This document shows positions 58,074 to 64,000 of a stretch of 64,000 nt of DNA, piece by piece. Position 1 is the first letter of the stretch, and every line of letters starts with the position of its first letter. Source of the DNA: Candidatus Eiseniibacteriota bacterium (GTDB taxonomy: Bacteria > Eisenbacteria > RBG-16-71-46 > CAZAMP01); assembly GCA_965224245.1 (NCBI GenBank), contig OZ245046.1:1216001-1280000 (forward strand). The letters are read 5' to 3'. The position numbers and the translations under genes were made by a program. A model generated the notes under the pieces. That model did no database searches and had not been told where the DNA came from. It saw nothing but the letters and a program-made list of their open reading frames with translations.

Positions 58074-60277
58074 GCACGGCCACGTCGCACGAGCGCACGC
58101 CCACGATCGATCGCGTCTCTGCGGTCATCGTGCACTACCGGACACCCGATCTCCTGCGGAACTGCCTCGCGTCCCTGGAGCCGTACGCGTCTCGGGGGAT
58201 GGAGGTCGTCGTGGTCGACAACGATTCCGGCGACCGCTTCCCCGACTTCGTGGCCGACGAGTACCCGGACGTGCATCTCCTGCCCATGACCGACAACGTC
58301 GGCTACTCCAGAGGCGTCAACGCCGGCATGGACGCGGCCGGCGGCGAGTTTCTCCTCATCCTCAACCCGGACATCGTGCTGATCCCCGGTGCGGTCGAGG
58401 CGCTGCTGACCGCGGCCGCCGCGCATCCCGACGCGGGCGTCGTGGCGCCGAAGCTCCTGAACCCCGACGGCACGCTCCAGTACTCGTGCCGTCGCTTCTA
58501 CGACTTCGAGACGTTCGTGTACCGGCGCACGCCGCTCGGCCGGCTGCGGCCGAACGCGCCGGTTCTCCGCCGACACATGATGCTCGACTACGACCACGAG
58601 ACGCCTCGGGTCGTGGACTGGGTGCTGGGCGGGGCGATGCTGGTGCGCCGCGCCGCGGTGGAGGACGTGGGCGGGATGGACGAGCGCTTCTTTCTGTACT
58701 TCGAGGACGTCGACTGGTGCTACCGCATGCACCGGCGCGGCTGGCGCGTGCTCTACGATCCGGCGGCCGCGATGTATCACAACCATCGCCGCGACAGCGC
58801 GAAGAAGCCCCTCGGGAAGAGCTTCTTCTCGCACTTGATGTCGGTCGTCCGCTTCTACGAGAAGTGGAGCCTCGTGCTGTACCTGTTCAAGACCCAGCGC
58901 GAGGACATCGGACGTCTGCTCCGACTCGTGTTCGACGTGGTGGCGATCAACCTCGCATTCGTCTGCGCCTACGCGATCCGGAAGGGCCTGGGCGACATCC
59001 TGGAGAAGCCGGTGTTCGGAGTGGCCGAGTACCAGCCGTTCTGGCTCTTCGGCAATCTCCTGGCACTGGTCGTGTTCTACATGCTGGGCTTCTACCGGCG
59101 CGAGCCTCGCGGACAGGACTGGGTGGATCGGCTGTTCACCGTGGGGCGGGGCGCGGCCATCGTCACGATCATCATGATGGCCACGACGTTTCTCGTCCAG
59201 GCGCGCTCGTACTCGCGCGCGATGCTGATGGTCGTCTGGCCGCTGGCCACGACGTTCCTGGTTCTCGGGCGCCAGGCGGTGGCGGCGTTCGCGTCGTCGA
59301 TGCGGGATCAGCGGCTGGACCTGCCCAGGGTCGCGATCGCGGGACGCGCCGACCGCGTGGCCGAGGTCCGGCAGGAGTATCGGCGCGAGACCGACCTGGC
59401 CTTCGAGCCGCTGTACTTCCCCGACTTCGAGCTCGGTCGCGCCCGCGACGAGGTGCCCCCGGACGACCTCCTGGATCGCTTCATCGAGATCGTCCGCTTC
59501 GAGCGGATCGCGAGCGTCCAGTTCGTGACGCCGGGGGAGGACGCCGCCCTCCTGACCGAGCTCGTGCCCCGGCTGGCGCGGGCCGGGGTGGGGGTGCGGA
59601 TCCTCCCGGAGTACGCGGCGGTGCTCAATCCGGACGCCCGGGTCGAGGACGTTGCTGGAACCTGGACGCTGTCGCTGGGCACGCGGACCCGGTGGCGGGC
59701 CGCCAGCGCGGGCAAGCGCCTGGTCGACGTGGCCGCATCGTCGGTTCTGATCGCGATCGGAGCCCCCGCCAACGCGTTCTTCGTCGCGCTCCGCTGGCTC
59801 CGCGGCATCCGCCCGATCTTCAGCGTCGAGGAGCGCGTGGCCGCGGCTGGCCAGCGCGTCACCTATCGCATGTACACGCCGAGGCCGCGCCAGAATATCT
59901 TGGCGGTCGTCCTGTTTGATCACTATCCTCGTCTCTTCGCGGTCTGGCGGGGAACCTTCAGCCTCGTTGGCGTTTATCCCTTTCGTCCCGAGGAGTTCCG
60001 GGCGCTGCCGCCGGCGCTTCGATCCCTCACGCTCGAGGCGCGGCCGGGCCTCACGGGGCTGTGGTGGTTTCATCGCGGCTCGGAGCCGGGCCTGGAACGC
60101 CTTCGCGGGCTCGACGTGGAGTACGTGCAAAAGTGGTCGACCGGCTTCGATCTCAAGACGTTTCTGAGAGCGCTCACCGCGCTGATCCGCTCCCGCGGTC
60201 ACATGCCCGATCACGATCGCCCCGCCCCGGTCGGGTCGGCGCCCGGCGGGCTTCACCAGGCCGGCACGCGACGCTGA
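58070..60277 (+). CDS. Fusion of a GT2 (WbbL-like) glycosyltransferase with a WcaJ/WbaP-like membrane and phosphoglycosyltransferase domain
   Basis: VDNDSGD, NVGY, LNPD, MDERFFLYFEDVDWC; then four TMs with YSR; then KRLVDV, SLVG, RPGLTG, DVEYVQKWS. Confidence 0.85.
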   Translation: MSTATSHERTPTIDRVSAVIVHYRTPDLLRNCLASLEPYASRGMEVVVVDNDSGDRFPDFVADEYPDVHLLPMTDNVGYSRGVNAGMDAAGGEFLLILNPDIVLIPGAVEALLTAAAAHPDAGVVAPKLLNPDGTLQYSCRRFYDFETFVYRRTPLGRLRPNAPVLRRHMMLDYDHETPRVVDWVLGGAMLVRRAAVEDVGGMDERFFLYFEDVDWCYRMHRRGWRVLYDPAAAMYHNHRRDSAKKPLGKSFFSHLMSVVRFYEKWSLVLYLFKTQREDIGRLLRLVFDVVAINLAFVCAYAIRKGLGDILEKPVFGVAEYQPFWLFGNLLALVVFYMLGFYRREPRGQDWVDRLFTVGRGAAIVTIIMMATTFLVQARSYSRAMLMVVWPLATTFLVLGRQAVAAFASSMRDQRLDLPRVAIAGRADRVAEVRQEYRRETDLAFEPLYFPDFELGRARDEVPPDDLLDRFIEIVRFERIASVQFVTPGEDAALLTELVPRLARAGVGVRILPEYAAVLNPDARVEDVAGTWTLSLGTRTRWRAASAGKRLVDVAASSVLIAIGAPANAFFVALRWLRGIRPIFSVEERVAAAGQRVTYRMYTPRPRQNILAVVLFDHYPRLFAVWRGTFSLVGVYPFRPEEFRALPPALRSLTLEARPGLTGLWWFHRGSEPGLERLRGLDVEYVQKWSTGFDLKTFLRALTALIRSRGHMPDHDRPAPVGSAPGGLHQAGTRR

Positions 60278-62475
60278 TCCCGGTCGGGCTGGCACTGTCG
60301 GTCGTGCTCTCGACCGCGTTCGTCACCGACGCGGGTGCCCAGTACGGCTGGACCCGCGAGCTCTACGCGAACACGATCTCCGACGTCGCGGCGTCGGGCG
60401 ATCACCTCTACTGGGCGACCAGCGCGGGCCTGGTGGAGCTCGGGCTCACCGACGCCTCGATCACCATCCATCGCCGGTCGCTCCGTACGCTTCCGACCGA
60501 CACCCTGACCGCGGTGGCCGCCGACGCCGACGGCAACATCTGGTGCGGCACCGACGGTTACGGTCTGGCCATCCGCACCCCGGGTGGTCAGTGGCGGCGC
60601 CTCTCGACGTTCGACGGGCTCCCGAACGCGCGTGTCCTGTCGCTGGAGCCGGTGGGCGATCAGATGCGGATCGGCACCGCCGAGGGCTTCGTGACGATCA
60701 CGGGTATCGTGGATCCGCTGGTGTCCGAGAGCTGCACCGTGCTCGACCCCTGCGTGGACGAGCTGCCCAGCCTGACCATCCAGGCGATCCTGGATCGCGT
60801 CTCGGAAGTCTGGTACGGCACCTCGGCCGGGCCGGTGCGCGCCGTCGACGATGGCGGGGGACTCACGCTGACCCCGGTTCTCGGCGGGCTCTCGAGCCTC
60901 AACATCCGGTCGTTCGCGGAGTACGACGGCGAGGTGTGGGTGGCCACGGACGACGGCGCGTATCGCGCGAATGCGGCGGGGACGGGCTGGATCGCGACCA
61001 GCGGCCTCACCGATGCGCGCGACCTGCTCGCCGTCGACGGGCGTCTTCTGTGCACCTCGCCGAACCCGGCCACCGGTCGCGGCGTCTACGAGTGGAACGG
61101 CTCGGGCTGGACGCGACTGGGCTCCACGTTCGGGAATGCCGCGAGACCGATCGCGCTCGCGTCGGCCGGCGACGGCTCCATCTGGGTCGGCACGACCGCG
61201 GGTGTGCGGCGGCTCTCCGGCTCGAACTGGGGATCGGTGATCGCCGCCGACGGGCTGCCGCTGGCCGGCCGGCCGTGGTCCATCGCCACCGGCGACGACG
61301 AGACGTGGATGGGCTACTTCGACGTGAGCGCCGCCGCGCTCCGCACGTCGGCGGGCTGGGTCGGCGTCACCGACACCTCGACCGACGACGGCTTCGAGCG
61401 CCGCCCCGTGCAGGCCATCAGCGTCGATCCGACCGGCGCCACCTGGTTCGCCCACTGCTGCTGCTCGGGCGGCGGATGCTTCGTCGATCGCGTCGACGCG
61501 TCGCTCGAGAACTGGATCCACGTACCGGTCAAGAACGCGCGAGCCTTCGCGCACGGACGGAGCTACACGTTCATCGGCTCCGGCGCCGAGGACGAATCCG
61601 TCGCGGGGGCGGGACTGGCGATCTGGGCCCCGCCGTTCGGTCCGGACTCGGTTCAGGTGGTCACCGCCGAGACGTCGAACCTGACCAGCAACACGATCAG
61701 CGCGCTGGCGATGGACGACGCCGGACGTCTCTGGGTCGGCCACCGGCAGAACGGCATCGATCGGTTCACGATCGCCGGCGACCCGACCGACGGTGACTTC
61801 GACGCGACACCGGTTCGGTACGTGGCCCCGGCTCTTCCGTCGAACAGCGTGTTCGCGCTGGCCGCCGACGGCGCCCGCATGTGGGCGGGCACGTTCCAGG
61901 GGCTCGCGCTCTTCGACGAGGGGGAGCTCATCGGGACGTGGGGGGCCTTCGAGCTGGGCAGTCCACTCGTGCGAGCGATCGCGATCGCGTCGGACCGAAG
62001 CGCGTGGGTGGCGACCGACGCCGGTCTCGTGCGCATGCGACCGAATGCGCTCGGGACGTACGACGTCGAGCGATACCGATTCCCCGATCTCTCCAACGAC
62101 CGCGTGCTCGGGGTCGCCACCCGCGGGCTCGACGTCTGGGTGGCCACCGACAACGGCGTCACGATCGGACGGCCGTCCGGCGGCTCCGGCGGGTCGTCAC
62201 CGTCGACGCTCGCCGGGAGCGTGTACCCGAACCCGTTCCGCGGCGATCTCCACGACGGCATCCGTCTCGCCGACGTGTCGGTGCCGGTCAGCGGCGAGGT
62301 GTATGACGCCGCCGGCGGCCTGGTGGCCACGTTCCGGGACATCGCGCCCGGCGCGATGGTGTGGAACGGACGCGTCGGCGGGGCGGACGGCCAGCTCGCC
62401 GCGCCCGGCCTCTACGTGGTCGTGGCCCGGTCCGGCGACCATCACCTCCGCGCGCGAGTCGCCGTCATCGACTGA
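60274..62475 (+). CDS. Secreted beta-propeller protein with FlgD-Ig/T9SS-like CTD (PorZ-like architecture); start uncertain, ORF open from 60061
   Basis: Signal-like LIPVGLALSVVLSTAFVTDAGA; repeated LPSNxVxALA..(W)VGT/(W)VAT..G blades; C-terminal VYPNP..YDAAGGLV..WNGR..APGLYVV. Confidence 0.8.
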   Translation: MIPVGLALSVVLSTAFVTDAGAQYGWTRELYANTISDVAASGDHLYWATSAGLVELGLTDASITIHRRSLRTLPTDTLTAVAADADGNIWCGTDGYGLAIRTPGGQWRRLSTFDGLPNARVLSLEPVGDQMRIGTAEGFVTITGIVDPLVSESCTVLDPCVDELPSLTIQAILDRVSEVWYGTSAGPVRAVDDGGGLTLTPVLGGLSSLNIRSFAEYDGEVWVATDDGAYRANAAGTGWIATSGLTDARDLLAVDGRLLCTSPNPATGRGVYEWNGSGWTRLGSTFGNAARPIALASAGDGSIWVGTTAGVRRLSGSNWGSVIAADGLPLAGRPWSIATGDDETWMGYFDVSAAALRTSAGWVGVTDTSTDDGFERRPVQAISVDPTGATWFAHCCCSGGGCFVDRVDASLENWIHVPVKNARAFAHGRSYTFIGSGAEDESVAGAGLAIWAPPFGPDSVQVVTAETSNLTSNTISALAMDDAGRLWVGHRQNGIDRFTIAGDPTDGDFDATPVRYVAPALPSNSVFALAADGARMWAGTFQGLALFDEGELIGTWGAFELGSPLVRAIAIASDRSAWVATDAGLVRMRPNALGTYDVERYRFPDLSNDRVLGVATRGLDVWVATDNGVTIGRPSGGSGGSSPSTLAGSVYPNPFRGDLHDGIRLADVSVPVSGEVYDAAGGLVATFRDIAPGAMVWNGRVGGADGQLAAPGLYVVVARSGDHHLRARVAVID

Positions 62476-62669
62476 CACACCCGATCCGACGCCGCCTGAC
62501 GCCCCGGAGCGACCGCACGGTCGTCTCCTCCGCCCGGCATCTCTCTGCCTCCATGGGTGGTGTGGGCACGGCACGTGCGTGATCCATACTGACAACTTCA
62601 TTTGACGAAAGACACGTCATCCGCAGGCGGCGCACGGGGTCGTGTCGCGGTCGATCGACGTATCAACGC

Positions 62670-62732
62670 TTGCTTGATGGCATCAAGAGGAGTAAAGTGG
62701 GGCCTTGTGGGGATAGATGGTGCAGAATGGGG
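62670..62732 (+). promoter_or_regulatory. dcw-cluster promoter with MraZ-binding direct repeats
   Basis: TTGCTT-17 bp-TAAAGT; GTGGG/GTGGG/ATGGT/ATGGG at 62697, 62707, 62717, 62727 (10-bp period). Confidence 0.75.
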
Positions 62733-62764
62733 GAACAGAGGGCGACGAGCCGACGCGGGCGACG

Positions 62765-63289
62765 ATGCGATACCTCTTTGGCACGTACCAGCATACGATC
62801 GATCCCAAGGGTCGCCTGGCGATTCCCCAGCGTCTGAGGGACCGCCTGATCGATGGTGACCGGCGGACGCTGACGATCCTCGAGGGCTTCGAGGGCTGCC
62901 TGTTCTGCTACGCGTCCCGCGAGTTCGAGAAGATCCTCGACCAGCTCCACGAGCAGTCCTTCGACAACCAGGAGATCCGCGAGCTCCTGCGCTGGCTGTC
63001 GGCGCACGGCTCCGAGGTCGACATGGATGCCCAGGGCCGCATCGCGCTGACCGAGGAGCAACGGCGCGTCGCCGGGCTTTCCCGCGAGGGACTCCTGATC
63101 GGCGCGGGCGTCCGGCTGGAGATCTGGTCGCCCGAACGCTTCGCCGCGCGCCCGAACAAGTCCAACGGGGCGTCGCTGGCCGAGGGCGTCCTCGGTGGCT
63201 TCGTCGCCCCCCGCCATGGAGAGACTCGACCGACCGATGCCGGAGCGCGCGTGTCGCCCTCCGAGCCCGGCCACGACGTCACGCACTGA
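62765..63289 (+). CDS. mraZ: Transcriptional regulator MraZ
   Basis: GTYQHTIDPKGRLAIP and MDAQGRIAL (two DxxGR motifs), RLEIWS. Confidence 0.93.
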   Translation: MRYLFGTYQHTIDPKGRLAIPQRLRDRLIDGDRRTLTILEGFEGCLFCYASREFEKILDQLHEQSFDNQEIRELLRWLSAHGSEVDMDAQGRIALTEEQRRVAGLSREGLLIGAGVRLEIWSPERFAARPNKSNGASLAEGVLGGFVAPRHGETRPTDAGARVSPSEPGHDVTH

Positions 63290-63364
63290 CGCACACGACG
63301 TCACCCGCGCATCGGCGCGGAGACATCAGTGACCCGCACTCCGGTGCGGCAAGGAGGAGAGAAC

Positions 63365-63715
63365 GTGACCCCCGACCACGTCGACTCCGCCCGAAGTGTC
63401 GTCTGGCACCTTCGTGGCACGCTGGATGCGACCGAGATCGAGCACCTCGAGCGACTGCTCGACGACGTTGCCCTGTTCGGTGCCGGCTCCGTTCTGCTCG
63501 ACCTCGCCGCGGTCACGCACGCCGACTTCCGCGCACTGCGCGCGTTGTTCGGCGTCGTCGAGAAGCTCGAGCGCCGCGGCCTCAACGTGCGATCGGTCAA
63601 CGCGACCCCCTACGTGCGCGATCTCTTCCGTGTCGCCTACCGCGGGCTGGGATCGGGACTGATTCCGGACGGTCGACGTCCGGCAGCTCCGGTACGTCTC
63701 GCCGACGCGTCGTAG
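63365..63715 (+). CDS. STAS-domain protein
   Basis: AGGAGG RBS plus GTG; LRGTLD..VLLDLAAVTHAD..VNATPYVRDLFRV. Confidence 0.8.
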   Translation: MTPDHVDSARSVVWHLRGTLDATEIEHLERLLDDVALFGAGSVLLDLAAVTHADFRALRALFGVVEKLERRGLNVRSVNATPYVRDLFRVAYRGLGSGLIPDGRRPAAPVRLADAS

Positions 63716-63720
63716 CGGGG

Positions 63721-64000
63721 ATGAGCGATCACGTTCCGGTGATGGTCGACGAGGTGTGCCGGCTCCTCGTCACACGCCCGGACGCCACGATCGTGGACTT
63801 GAACGTGGGAGGCGGCGGGCACGCCGAGGCGATCTGTCGGGTGCTCGGCTCCGGCGACTTCCGCTACGTCGGACTGGATCTGGATGCGCGGGCCCTCGAC
63901 CGCACGCGGGAGCGGCTGCGGGCGTTCGGGAATCGCGTGACTCTGGTGGAGCGTAATCACCGCGAGCTGGTGGCGGTGCTCGAGGAGCTGGGTATGAGCG
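63721..64000 (+). CDS. rsmH: 16S rRNA m4C1402 methyltransferase (3' truncated by window)
   Basis: Hand translation: MSDHVPVMVDEV...IVDLNVGGGGHAEAI...GLDLDARAL; downstream of mraZ. Confidence 0.93.
   Translation, partial: MSDHVPVMVDEVCRLLVTRPDATIVDLNVGGGGHAEAICRVLGSGDFRYVGLDLDARALDRTRERLRAFGNRVTLVERNHRELVAVLEELGMS

Noticed and set aside
57764-60295. 843-aa minus-strand ORF and similar long antisense ORFs (5759-7294, 20668-22278, 53080-54696)
   Set aside because: Antisense shadows of well-supported genes in high-GC DNA

Overview
High-GC bacterial chromosome segment. It carries many secreted proteins ending in a FlgD-Ig/T9SS-like C-terminal domain (CTD), which suggests an FCB-type lineage such as Eisenbacteria, Krumholzibacteria or Latescibacteria (inference). 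Housekeeping content: gltX-glnS-ispG, scoAB-type CoA transferase, pruA, DUF1015-serA-serC, an FMN riboswitch with ribD (frameshifted)-ribE-ribBA-ribH-nusB, and the start of the dcw cluster (mraZ, an inserted STAS gene, rsmH). The most striking elements are: (i) a 5021-aa secreted beta-helix protein with sixteen 804-bp mosaic repeats whose linkers follow a three-times-repeated 5-unit pattern; (ii) two DUF2723 (TMEM260-like GT-C) paralogues, one tail-to-tail with the giant gene and one inside a tightly coupled glycosylation operon (polyprenol-P-mannose synthase, flippase-like protein, GT2/GT4, GT2-phosphoglycosyltransferase fusion) that ends in a PorZ-like propeller+CTD gene, a candidate glycosylation/anchoring system for CTD cargo; (iii) a vitamin-K-dependent carboxylase-like enzyme split into two genes. 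No rRNA, tRNA, CRISPR array or mobile element was recognised. All calls come from motif reading, not database searches.
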